DNA of 64,000 nt from Scenedesmus sp. PABB004 (taxonomy: Eukaryota). Below, in pieces: positions 32,801 to 42,472 of this stretch. How positions within the stretch are numbered: the stretch's first letter is position 1; every line of letters starts with the position of its first letter. The notes below the pieces were generated by a model. It did no database searches. It was not told where the DNA came from and saw only the letters and a program-made list of their open reading frames with translations. The position numbers were made by a program, and so were the translations under genes. The stretch is taken from assembly GCA_014905635.1 (NCBI GenBank), contig JABVCE010000027.1, positions 1-64,000 on the forward strand, given 5' to 3'.

Positions 32801-35800
32801 TCAGTGGCTGGGTCCTGCGGTCGTGTCGCCAAAGGCGCCGTCGCGTGGCAAGCGCACGCCTGCGGGCAGGAGCGTGTCCTGCGGGGTGAGGATCTTGGTG
32901 AGCTCCGCTGTGGCATAGCGGTACACGTCCCCATCCTCCCAGCACACATCAAAGTACGCCGGCCGACGCTGCTCGCCCATGAAGTGCGCGCGGCCCCAGA
33001 AGAGCCTGCGCTGGCCCGTCTGCCGATCCACAAAGTGCTGGCGCACCAGCCTGCCGTGCAGCTGCTTGGCTGCCTCGTCACGCTCGCGCATTGCGCGGTC
33101 TGGGTAGAGGTTCGCCCCCTCGTCGCGCTGCTCCCGCGCCTGGCGCTGGCGCACTGCGGCCTGCAGCTGCTGCTGCGTCACGCCGTCAGCGACGCACCTC
33201 GGGCACATCCAGTCGCCCTCGGGCACTTGATCCAGGCTCGGCTCCAGGCAGTGTTGGTGCCAGCCCGCGTCACAGTGATCGCACAGCAGCATCTGGTTCG
33301 CTGTGTGTGACTCCAGGTGCCCGCACGCCTCGCAGCTCGCCTCCTGCGGCTGCTCTGCCAGGGCTGGGTCAAGTGTGGGGTCGATCCCTAGCAAGTGGCA
33401 GGGCGCACACTGTGAAATGTGGCGGTCGATCTTGCGTCCGCAGCGGCCCTGCAGCATGAGGCGGCCGCTGGGCCTGACCTCCAGCACGCGCAGAATCACC
33501 GGGCGCGCGCGTGGCTGCAGCGCGCTGTACGCGTGAGTGTACGCGACATACACAAAATCACCTTGTTTGAACGTGGGCGTTCTTGGCTGGATCTCCCCGC
33601 TTCGCAGTCGCGCGTAGCGCAGCGTGTCTCGCTGCTGCGCGATCTCCAGGTTCGCCATGGCCTCAGGTGCCAGGCGCTCGACCAGCTGCCTGCGTGCGGC
33701 CAAGTCGGCGGCGGCCAGGTCAGGTGCGTCGAGGTCCAGCGGCTGGCTCAGCCGCTCCATCACTGCAGGCGGCACAATTGGCGCGCGTGCATAGAGCAGC
33801 TCATATGGCGTGAGGCCGGTGCTGCGCTGCGGGCTGCAGCGGTAGCCCAGCAGCAGCCAGGGCACGTGCATGTCCCAGTCACGCACTGCCTGCCGCTGCA
33901 GGCACGTTTTCTCCAGGGCTGCCTTCACAATATGAACAGATTTCTCCGCCGCGCCATTGGCAGCGGGATGGTTGGCTGAAGTGGGGCGCGAGTCAATGAG
34001 GCAGTCCAGCAGCAGCTGCTGGAAAGCACCCTGCCACTCGCCCCCGCGGTCGTGCACGACCTCGGCACACGCGCCAAAACGCGCGAGCACGTTGTGCAGG
34101 AAAGCATAGGCAGTGCACTCTGGCGTTTTCTCCGCAATAGGAATGGCCTCAATGTTCTTACTAAAGTGCTCCACACACACCAGGATGTAGCGGTGCCCCC
34201 GCTCTGAGCGCGGGAAAGGCCCGCACAGGTCCACGCCCCAGCGGTACATCATGCCGCGGATGGGCAGCGGCTGCAGCTCAGCTGGGCGCGCTGTAAAAGC
34301 TGCGCGGACCTGCCCGCACTCAGGGCAGCCGCCCACCAGCGAAGCCGCGTCGGCCAGCAGGCCGTGCCACCAGTGCGTGTGGTGCGCGAGTGCCGCAGTG
34401 CGGCGCACGCCAAAGTGCCCGCACCTGTCGTGGAAGCTCTTGAGCAGCTCCCGCCGTTCAGCCGGAGGGGGCACCACACGCGTGCTGTTGTCGGGCATGA
34501 GTCGCAGCAACTGCCCGCCCTGCCAGCGGTAGTACGCGCGGCGCTTGGCCACTCTGCAGCGCTCAGCCGCGTTTGTGCCCGCTGGGAAGTCTCCGTTCTG
34601 CAGCAGGTGCAGGGCGGTTGCGTCGGCCCAGATGTCACTGCTGCTGCCCTGCAGGGCGTCCTGCTCCGCTGCTGCCGCCAGCGCACATAGCACGCCGTAC
34701 GGCTTGCTCCCAGCAGCCTTGCTGGCTCCCATCTCGGGCACAAGTCCTGCCACTGGTTGTGTGCTGCCATGCTCCGCCCAGGCCCGGGCAATCGCCCAGA
34801 GTCCCGCCAGGCAGGCTGCATCGATCGCCTCGCCCAGGGCACGGCGGCGATCTCTGTCCGACACGCCAGGCGCGGCTGTTGCGCCCTCCGCATAGCCGAG
34901 CGCGCGCTCACGCTCGACTGTCAGGGGCTGGTCCCACGTGCCGTCTGCTGCGATCACGCTGCCCGGCTTGCCTGGCCTGAAGCTGTAGCTGTTGGGGTGC
35001 GCCATCAGCGTTGGCCAGGCTGCCATGGGCTGCCCTGGCACATTGCAGGGGTAGCGTGGTGGGAAATCAGGGTGCTTGACCGGCTGCTCCCGCCGCCCAG
35101 GCTCCAGTATTTGTGAGACCGTGAGGCCCGGCGGCCTCTGCACCTGCGCCGCAGCAGCGGCCAGTTGGGCAGGTGAGCATGCGTTCGTCCAAAACGCTCG
35201 CACGCGGTGCGCGCGGCTCCCAAACTGCGCTGCGTCCAGCACTGTCGGCTGGCCCAGCGCGTCACAAATCACTTTGAAGTCCTCCTCCGCAATGCGGTTG
35301 TCGCTGTGCCATTGCACTGGCACGTTCTCCAGCAGGTAGCAGGGCGGCTGGTCTGGTTGCAGCTGCTGCAGCGTGCCGATCAGGCGCACAATCTCGGTGA
35401 GCAGGCCTGATCGCGCCCCGCGCAGGCCCGCACCCGACCCAGCTGTGCTGAGGTCCTGGCAGGGCCATCCGCCCACCACGAGCCAGGGTTGGCGTTGCAG
35501 CGATGCTCCTTCTTGCACCAGGTGCCATGTCGTGATCTCGCGCACGTCTTGCGGGAGAGAGAACATGCCCTGCAGGGCAGACGTGGGCAGCAGGTCAGGA
35601 TACAGCGCTGTTAGCTGCTGCACTCTGTGCGCTGCTATCGCCCGGCTGGTGGGGTTGATGTCCACATACAGGTACTTGTGGATGCGTTTCCCTCCACGCA
35701 GGGCCATCTCCAGGCCCGCACACAACCCCCCAAACGCGTCCACAAGGACCAGGCCTTGCGTCGCTGCCGGAAAGAAACTCGCCGCCACGCTGGCGGTGGC

Positions 35801-37930
35801 CAGACCTGTGGCCCGGCGCACCCCAAATGCATCACGCGGCCCCGCGTGCGCACCTCCCGCGGGCGCGGCGGCTTGAGCCTGTGCTGCCGGCAGGTGTGGC
35901 ACCGCCGCTTGCACCCATGCGCGCGCCGAGCGCGCCAGTTGCCTTGCTGCCAGCTGGGCCGCGTAGGAGGCGTCATCCGGCAGTTGGTCCGCCGCGTCTG
36001 TGAAGGAGCCGTTATTGCCTGCCAGCAACGCGGCGGCGTCGGGCAGGAAAGAGTCAAGCCGGGTCTCACCAGCCGTCGCGCGCTCCAGAAGCTGTGCCTG
36101 CAGCTGCGGCTGGCTGGGCGGCGCCAGGGCTGTGCCCAGCAGCAGCGCCCCTGCCGCGGTGCTGTTCTGCGGCTTGGCCGCTGCGCGCTGCTGCTCCAGG
36201 AGCTCCCACGTGTACTCCGTCGTGTCCGGCGTGCCATCAGCCTGCAGCACTGCCGGCTGCAGCTGATACATGGGCTCCCTTGTGCGGTCCAAGCGCGCAC
36301 CTGCCGCGTCCACCGTTGTGGCTCGTGGGTGCCTGCTTGGCACATCTGCCACGTTGCTTTTGCCGGCCTTGTGGACCAGGGTGAACTCGTAGTCCTGCAG
36401 CGACAGCACCCAGCGCGCGTGCTGCCCTGTGGGCTCCTTGGCTGCGAGTAGCCAGAGCAGCGGGCGGTGGTCGGTGTGCAGGTGGAAGTGGGGCCCCTGC
36501 AGGTATGGGCGGAACGTCTTGACGCCCCATACTGCCGCCAGCGCCTCACCTTTCCAGGCCTCGTACCGCCGCTCGTGCTCGTTGAGCGAGCGAGAGGCAC
36601 AGGCGACCATGTACTCCCCCCCGTTCTGGTCTCTCTGGTTGAGCACGGCAGAGATGCCGTGAGGGCTCCAGTCCGTATACAGGTGGTATGGCCGTGAGGG
36701 GTCTGGGTGGCGCAGCACCGCAGTGGGTGAGGTGAGCGCATCGCGCAGCCTGTCAAAGGCAGCCGCCTGCTCTGGTCCCCACACGAAGCGCGTGCCTTTC
36801 TTGAGCAGTGCGTTGAGAGGCGCCGCAATAGCCGAGTACTCAGGCACATAGCAGCGATAAAAGCCCAGCACGCCCAGGTAGCTGCGCACTTGATCAGCCG
36901 AGGTTGGCGGCGCCAGCTCGCGCATTGCGGCGACCTTCGCCTGGTCAGGCTGCATGCCACTCTCACTGACCAGGTGGCCCAGGAAGGGCATGGAGTCGCT
37001 GCACAGCACCGTTTTGGATGGATGCGCGCGCAGCCCGACCGTCCGGAAACGGCCAAACAGCAGGCGCAGGCACCTCAGGTGGTCCTCAAATGTCTTAGTG
37101 TAGATACATATGTCATCCACAAAGACCACAGCAAAGTCTTTGAGCCCTGCTGCGCGCAGTTCGTGTTCCATTATTCTCTGGAAGATGGCGGTGGCGTTCA
37201 CGTGCCCAAAGGGCAGGCGCGTGAAGCTGTACAGCCTGCCTTCCCACCAGAAGCACGCGTAGCGCTGTGACGCCTCATCCAGCGGGATGTTGAAAAACCC
37301 GGACCTGCAGTCGACTTTGCTGCGCCACGTAGCACCTGCCATTCGCCGGAACAGCTCCTCTGGCAGAGGCAGTTTGTACTTGTCAATCACGGCGTTGGCG
37401 TTGATCGCCCGCCCATCGTAGCAGAACCTCTTGTCAGTGAGGGTGCCATCAGGCGCTCGCTTCGCCGCCATGACGATGGGGCAGGCATGTGTCATGCCAT
37501 GTGTGCTGACCTCGCGGATCACGCCCGCGTCAAGCATCTCCCGCACTTTCTCCCTTCCAATGTCCAGGTCCCTGGGGCTGGGCTTGCGCTCCGGGCAGAT
37601 GATGGGCTCCTCTGTCTTCATGCGCAGCTGCGCAGGGCCCAGCTCGCCCTTGTAGCCCACCAAGTCCTTCATCTCATACGCGAACACATCTTTGTGCTCG
37701 AGCAGCACCTGCTGCAACTGCTCTTTCTGCTCTGCTGTGAGCTCTGGGTGGTTCCCATGTATCCATTTGTGCTCTGGGTCCTGTTCCCAGCGGTCAGAGA
37801 GCTCCTCTGTCTCCTGCTCCCCTCCCGCAGTGTACGCCTCCAGCGGCGTCTGGCCAATCGCCGCTGCTGCAGGGTCCCGATCCTTGCCCCTCTGGCTCTC
37901 ACGCCTGCGGCTGCCTGCCGCCGACGCGAA
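32801..37930 (-). CDS. Gypsy pol: RT, RNase H, C5 cytosine DNA methyltransferase, integrase, PHD, Tudor-like (5' limit set at the inferred frameshift site)
   Basis: LPFGHVNA, FVDDICIY; YTDWS..EALAAVW..TDHRPL; DAFGG, GGWPCQDLS, ENV, RVRAFW; H..GHFG..CPEC, VDLCGP, HDRGGEW, NGAAEK; CEAC..CDHC..H..C..WMCPRC. Confidence 0.93.
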   Translation of the reverse strand, partial: FASAAGSRRRESQRGKDRDPAAAAIGQTPLEAYTAGGEQETEELSDRWEQDPEHKWIHGNHPELTAEQKEQLQQVLLEHKDVFAYEMKDLVGYKGELGPAQLRMKTEEPIICPERKPSPRDLDIGREKVREMLDAGVIREVSTHGMTHACPIVMAAKRAPDGTLTDKRFCYDGRAINANAVIDKYKLPLPEELFRRMAGATWRSKVDCRSGFFNIPLDEASQRYACFWWEGRLYSFTRLPFGHVNATAIFQRIMEHELRAAGLKDFAVVFVDDICIYTKTFEDHLRCLRLLFGRFRTVGLRAHPSKTVLCSDSMPFLGHLVSESGMQPDQAKVAAMRELAPPTSADQVRSYLGVLGFYRCYVPEYSAIAAPLNALLKKGTRFVWGPEQAAAFDRLRDALTSPTAVLRHPDPSRPYHLYTDWSPHGISAVLNQRDQNGGEYMVACASRSLNEHERRYEAWKGEALAAVWGVKTFRPYLQGPHFHLHTDHRPLLWLLAAKEPTGQHARWVLSLQDYEFTLVHKAGKSNVADVPSRHPRATTVDAAGARLDRTREPMYQLQPAVLQADGTPDTTEYTWELLEQQRAAAKPQNSTAAGALLLGTALAPPSQPQLQAQLLERATAGETRLDSFLPDAAALLAGNNGSFTDAADQLPDDASYAAQLAARQLARSARAWVQAAVPHLPAAQAQAAAPAGGAHAGPRDAFGVRRATGLATASVAASFFPAATQGLVLVDAFGGLCAGLEMALRGGKRIHKYLYVDINPTSRAIAAHRVQQLTALYPDLLPTSALQGMFSLPQDVREITTWHLVQEGASLQRQPWLVVGGWPCQDLSTAGSGAGLRGARSGLLTEIVRLIGTLQQLQPDQPPCYLLENVPVQWHSDNRIAEEDFKVICDALGQPTVLDAAQFGSRAHRVRAFWTNACSPAQLAAAAAQVQRPPGLTVSQILEPGRREQPVKHPDFPPRYPCNVPGQPMAAWPTLMAHPNSYSFRPGKPGSVIAADGTWDQPLTVERERALGYAEGATAAPGVSDRDRRRALGEAIDAACLAGLWAIARAWAEHGSTQPVAGLVPEMGASKAAGSKPYGVLCALAAAAEQDALQGSSSDIWADATALHLLQNGDFPAGTNAAERCRVAKRRAYYRWQGGQLLRLMPDNSTRVVPPPAERRELLKSFHDRCGHFGVRRTAALAHHTHWWHGLLADAASLVGGCPECGQVRAAFTARPAELQPLPIRGMMYRWGVDLCGPFPRSERGHRYILVCVEHFSKNIEAIPIAEKTPECTAYAFLHNVLARFGACAEVVHDRGGEWQGAFQQLLLDCLIDSRPTSANHPAANGAAEKSVHIVKAALEKTCLQRQAVRDWDMHVPWLLLGYRCSPQRSTGLTPYELLYARAPIVPPAVMERLSQPLDLDAPDLAAADLAARRQLVERLAPEAMANLEIAQQRDTLRYARLRSGEIQPRTPTFKQGDFVYVAYTHAYSALQPRARPVILRVLEVRPSGRLMLQGRCGRKIDRHISQCAPCHLLGIDPTLDPALAEQPQEASCEACGHLESHTANQMLLCDHCDAGWHQHCLEPSLDQVPEGDWMCPRCVADGVTQQQLQAAVRQRQAREQRDEGANLYPDRAMRERDEAAKQLHGRLVRQHFVDRQTGQRRLFWGRAHFMGEQRRPAYFDVCWEDGDVYRYATAELTKILTPQDTLLPAGVRLPRDGAFGDTTAGPSH

Positions 37931-40900
37931 AGCTGTTGGTTTGCAGCTGCTGTGCTGCTCCCCATGCCTGCGCCTGCGCCTCTGCGTGCGAGGGCGGCAG
38001 TGGCGCGCGTGTGTCGGCCCACGGCATGCGCAGTGCGCTGCTGCCTGGCGGCGCCAGGTGCGTGCTGAGCTGGCCAGCGGCGTGCCCCGTGGCCGCAGCG
38101 CCGGCGATCAGCAGCAGCAGCAGCGCGCACTGCAGGGGCAGCGCCTTACGCACAAAGCCGCGCGTGAAGGTGCGACGCCACATCTTGAACTTTCTCGGCG
38201 CATTGCACTCTGTGCCGTCAGGCGCGATGGGCGGCCTGAGGCAGCGCACATCGCCCGTCTCCATAGAACGGTAGCGCCAGCGCCCGATGCGCACGTAGAG
38301 GTCTGGTGCGCGCGCCCAGGGCACGTGCTGCTTCAGCCCTGCGCGCACGTGGCGCCAGGTGCCGCTCAGCCGGGCTCGCAGCCCGCTGCTCAGGCAGCAC
38401 GCGAGAACGCGCGGCACCCAGAGCGCGGCTGCGCAGAGCCAGCCCACCTTGTGGAGGATGCTGCGCACTGCCGTGTAGATCAGCGGCAGTCTGGGCGCAG
38501 GGCGGGGCCGGTGCCAGGTGTGGCTCAGGAGCTTGGTGGCGCTGGCGTAGGCCTCCTCCGCGCCCTGGCCCACCACGCCCAGCGCGAGCACCGCGCCCGC
38601 GCTGATGAGGGGCGCCTGGCTGAGGAGCATCAGGACCGGCAGCACCAGCAGCACCAGCAGCGCGTCCCGCGCGGTGTTCAGCGCCTTGAGCGCGCGCTGC
38701 AGCCAGCTGCAGCTGGGCTCGCTTTTGGCGTGGCCCTGCTCCTCGCCCTCGTTCTCCTCTGCGCGCAGCGTGCAGGCCGGCATCGGCTCCGTGCATGCGG
38801 CGGGCGTGCGTTCCGCCGGCTCGCTGCGCGCGGTGAGCCGCACCTGCATGCAGGCGAGCTTCGCCCCGTTGGTGGCCGGGCGCCCGCTGATGTAGTAGAA
38901 CTGGCTGTTGAACGGCAGCACGAAGCCGCTCACTTTGTCGATGATGTCCCGCCCCAGCACAGCGCCGTACATGCCGTACGCGCTTGGGCTGTCCACGACC
39001 AGGAAGCCGTCTGGCAGCTCCAGGCTGACCTCGTCCTCGGTGCCGTGGCCCAGGATGACCGCCACCGGCTCAGTGCGGCCGATGATGCTGGTCGTGGGCT
39101 GGCCCTCGATCGTGCTGACTGGTGGCAGCTGCTCCGGCAGCAGCCGGTACACGTGCAGGCCCATCTCCTGCGCCAGGCGCTGGTTGATGATAGAGGGGAC
39201 GCAGCCAGAGTCGGTGGCGGTGTTCTGCATCTGCATCACGCGCCCGCCGCTGGTGCGCACCATGGGAAGCTGCGGGCCATCAAACTTGATCATCGTCTGG
39301 CGCTGCCCTGTGCTGCGCTTGAACGCTGCCATCTGCTGCTCAAAGCTCGTGCTGCTGCCTGCGACGGCGTGCAGCTCCTCCAGCGCCTGCGCGCTTCTGC
39401 CATCCTCAGCCAGCTGCGCCAGCGCCACGGGCGCGTTGGTCGCTGCTGCGCGCGGCTGGCTGTTCTCCATCTCCTGGCCCTGCATCATCTCCTGGATCTT
39501 GCCCAGCTGGCTGGCTGCCAGCGGCTTCTCGCTCTCAAACACGATCTTGACCTTGAACTGCGGCGGCACCGGTTCGGCAGACGGCCTGCTCAGGGCCGGC
39601 TCCATGCCGCTGCTCAGCGGCGGCGCCGTGCGCGGCTGCGCGTTGTCCGCCGGCAGGAAGCTGCAGGGCATCACGCTCCTGCGCGCGCCGCGCGTGGCCG
39701 CGCCTGCGCTCAGCGAGTGCTCACCGATCTCGCAGAGCGAGCCCGCCGGCATGTGCTGCCAGTTGCTCAGGCTGCTGTTCTCCCAGCGCTCGCTGCCCTG
39801 CGGCTGGTGCAGCGGCGGGGTCTCATACTCGGGCCAGAGGGCCGCCGCGGCGACTGGCCCGCGCGCCTGCTGCTGGCGCTGGTGCTGCGCGGGCGTGGAG
39901 CCCCGCGCGCCGCTCTCACCAGACCAGGCCGGCTGGATCTTCAGCTCCTTGCAGCGCCTGAGGTAGTGCTGCACCGCGCCGGGCTCAGCGTTCCTGCCAG
40001 GCGCCCAGTTGGCAGGCGCCTTGTTGGGCTGGTCGTACCAGCAGACTGCGTGGCCTGGCCCAAAGCGGCAGTAGGGGCAGGGCGCGGGCGCGCGGTTGGT
40101 GCCACCGCTCGTGTGCGGGCGCAGCTCTGGCGGCGGCAGCGCGCGCTGCTGCGCCGCGCCCGCCGGCTGCATCGGCCGCGCCTGCTGCCAGTGGTGGTGG
40201 CCGCGCGGCTGGCTGTAGCCGTAGTACGACTGCCGCGTGTCGTAGCCGTCGGCGTAGGCGCCTGCGGGCGCGCTGTAGGGCATGTCAGCGCGCACGTCCT
40301 GGCTCGCGAAGGCAGCGCCCGCCAGGGCGTGGTGCGGCGCGCTGGCGGCCCAGTTGCCCGGGCGCTGCCCTGCGCCGCGCCGATCTCCCACCTGCCTTGG
40401 GCCCTGCACCTCGCGCGAGCCGCCGCCGCGCTCCTTGCTGCCCTGCACCTTGGCGTCCATGGAGCCGAGGAAATCGTGCCCCGCCTTGCGGAAGAGGCTG
40501 GCGCGCAGCGTGGACTGCGTGACTGCCTGGTGCTTCTCCGCGCACTCCAGCACGTTGTCCAGCGTCAGGCTGCCCAGGCCCTGCGCGATCACCTGCTGCT
40601 GCACCATGGCCCTGCAGGCGCCGCTGCTCAGCCCTGCGATGAACACCTGCGCCGCGCTGTCGGGCATGATGTGCAGCTCGCAGCGCAGCGTCCGGACGGC
40701 CTGCCGGATCCGCTGCGCGTACTCCTGCAGCGTGGCGTCGCCCTGCTGCATGGTGAAGAACTCGCTCACCTGCTCCTGCGTGGCGATGCAGAAGCGCAGC
40801 TCCATGATCAGCAGCAGCCGCTCCACCACGTACAGCACTGGCGTCCAGCGCTTGCCGGGCTGGTCGCCCGTGGTGGTGTAGATGACGGTCGCGCTGGCCT

Positions 40901-41834
40901 TGAGCTCCTGTGCGGGCGTGGGAGCGGGCGGTGCCGTTGGCGGCGCCGCTGGCGCGGGCCTGCCGGCCGCCTCGCCGCTCGGCTCGCCCGCGTGCTCGCC
41001 GCCCTTCGGGGGGCACGCGTCAGCAGCGCCCCGGTCCTGTTTCACCTGGACGCCCGTCGGCCTGATGGGCGGGACGTCGCCCATTCGCACCTGGTCCATC
41101 TCCATCTGGCTGACCACGAGGCCCCGCTCCAGCGCCTTGTCGAGGACGTCCCCGACGCGGTCTGTGTAGGCCTCGTGCAGCATCTTGTTGTGCCGCTCCT
41201 GGTCCTGTCTCGGGCCGAGCGCCAGCCGCACCTCCTCGGCAGAGGGGCGCGCCCAGAGGTAGCGCCCGTTCTCTGCCGCCAGGCCGTGGTCGGCGAGCGC
41301 CGCGCGGATCTTGAGGAGCACCTGGGCGGGCTCGCTCTCCGGCTCGACCTTCACCAGCAGCTGGTCCACGAACTCCGCGAGCGACATCACGGCGCGCCCG
41401 CTCTGCGTGCTCTTGCTGTGCGCGGCGCCGATCGCCGCCCGCGCCTCGTTGATCCACTGCTGCGCCGGCTTGCCCGGCTGCCCCGCCCAGAGCTGCTCAC
41501 CGTTGTGGCTGCCCGCCAGCTTGCGGGCGCTGAAGCGCGGCCCGCGCGGCGGGCTGCCGCGCCCGAGCTGGCCGTAGCTGCTGAAGTTGCGCAGCATGTC
41601 GTCCTCGTCGCTGTCGCTGCCGCAGTCGCTGCCGCTCTCTGCGGCGGGGTCCTGCGGGGCAGGCGGGTCAGCAGGGCTGGGCTGCCACGCGCCGCTCGGC
41701 GCGCCGCCCGTGCCCTGCTGGGCTGGCCGTAGGGCTGCTGCCCTGGCCTGTTGCGCTATGCGCTGGTAGGTGTCGCTGAGACTGCTGCCCTGGGGCAGCC
41801 GTGCGCTGCTGCGCGTTCGCCCCCAGCCGCTCAC
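37899..41834 (-). CDS. Gypsy gag-protease ORF with hydrophobic C-terminal extension; true start uncertain
   Basis: FFTMQQGDATLQEYAQRIR (gag-like); CPYCRFGPGHAVC; protease ATDSGC..AVLGRDII; 1311 open codons. Confidence 0.8.
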   Translation of the reverse strand: MSGWGRTRSSARLPQGSSLSDTYQRIAQQARAAALRPAQQGTGGAPSGAWQPSPADPPAPQDPAAESGSDCGSDSDEDDMLRNFSSYGQLGRGSPPRGPRFSARKLAGSHNGEQLWAGQPGKPAQQWINEARAAIGAAHSKSTQSGRAVMSLAEFVDQLLVKVEPESEPAQVLLKIRAALADHGLAAENGRYLWARPSAEEVRLALGPRQDQERHNKMLHEAYTDRVGDVLDKALERGLVVSQMEMDQVRMGDVPPIRPTGVQVKQDRGAADACPPKGGEHAGEPSGEAAGRPAPAAPPTAPPAPTPAQELKASATVIYTTTGDQPGKRWTPVLYVVERLLLIMELRFCIATQEQVSEFFTMQQGDATLQEYAQRIRQAVRTLRCELHIMPDSAAQVFIAGLSSGACRAMVQQQVIAQGLGSLTLDNVLECAEKHQAVTQSTLRASLFRKAGHDFLGSMDAKVQGSKERGGGSREVQGPRQVGDRRGAGQRPGNWAASAPHHALAGAAFASQDVRADMPYSAPAGAYADGYDTRQSYYGYSQPRGHHHWQQARPMQPAGAAQQRALPPPELRPHTSGGTNRAPAPCPYCRFGPGHAVCWYDQPNKAPANWAPGRNAEPGAVQHYLRRCKELKIQPAWSGESGARGSTPAQHQRQQQARGPVAAAALWPEYETPPLHQPQGSERWENSSLSNWQHMPAGSLCEIGEHSLSAGAATRGARRSVMPCSFLPADNAQPRTAPPLSSGMEPALSRPSAEPVPPQFKVKIVFESEKPLAASQLGKIQEMMQGQEMENSQPRAAATNAPVALAQLAEDGRSAQALEELHAVAGSSTSFEQQMAAFKRSTGQRQTMIKFDGPQLPMVRTSGGRVMQMQNTATDSGCVPSIINQRLAQEMGLHVYRLLPEQLPPVSTIEGQPTTSIIGRTEPVAVILGHGTEDEVSLELPDGFLVVDSPSAYGMYGAVLGRDIIDKVSGFVLPFNSQFYYISGRPATNGAKLACMQVRLTARSEPAERTPAACTEPMPACTLRAEENEGEEQGHAKSEPSCSWLQRALKALNTARDALLVLLVLPVLMLLSQAPLISAGAVLALGVVGQGAEEAYASATKLLSHTWHRPRPAPRLPLIYTAVRSILHKVGWLCAAALWVPRVLACCLSSGLRARLSGTWRHVRAGLKQHVPWARAPDLYVRIGRWRYRSMETGDVRCLRPPIAPDGTECNAPRKFKMWRRTFTRGFVRKALPLQCALLLLLIAGAAATGHAAGQLSTHLAPPGSSALRMPWADTRAPLPPSHAEAQAQAWGAAQQLQTNSFRVGGRQPQA

Positions 41835-42054
41835 CGTGGGTGATTGCGCTGGGCCTCCTTGCGGGGCTCAGCGGTGGCCACGGTGGGCAGGCTCCTGGCC
41901 CTCTGGGCCGCTTGTTCCGGCTTTGCGGCCCCTTGGGCTTCTCCCAGGCGGGGCCTGTGGCCTTGGCTCCGTGGGCTGGGCGCGGTGCGCGGCTCCCTTG
42001 TTCCCTTTTGGGCACGGCGCCTGGCCGGTTCGCGCGCCCTCTGGGCGCTGTGCT

Positions 42055-42298
42055 CCTGCTCCGCTCGGCCCTCTGGGCGCGAGCTGGCTCCTGCTCCGCT
42101 CGGCCCTGTGGGCTCGAGCTGGCTCCGCTCCGCTCGGCCCTGTGGGCTCGAGCTGGCTCCTGCTCCGCTCGGCCCTGTGGGCTCGAGCTGGCTCCGCTCC
42201 GCTCGGCCCTGTGGGCTCGAGCTGGCTCCTGCTCCGCTCGGCCCTCTGGGCTCGAGCTGGCTCCGCTCCGCTCGGCCCTGTGGGCTCGAGCTAGCTCC
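42055..42298. repeat. ~34-35 bp tandem repeat (~7 copies) in the gypsy 5' leader
   Basis: GCTCCGCTCGGCCCTGTGGGCTCGAGCTGGCTCC(T) units. Confidence 0.9.
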
Positions 42299-42472
42299 CG
42301 CGCCCTTTGGGCGTCTCCTCACGTGTTGGTCGGGCGATCCACGTCGGCCGCCACGTGCGGCTCGACGGCTTGTCGCCCGGCCTGGCTGGGCGCTCCTGCG
42401 CCCTCCTTGCTCTCCCCCGAGCGCAATGCGCCGCGCGGCGCGGCGCTTACCTGAGCAGCGGCCCCCCAGAAC

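Noticed and set aside
37692..41732. 1346-aa plus-strand ORF, and similar antisense ORFs over the copia pol genes
   Set aside because: Antisense shadows of GC3-rich coding sequence with no recognisable motifs
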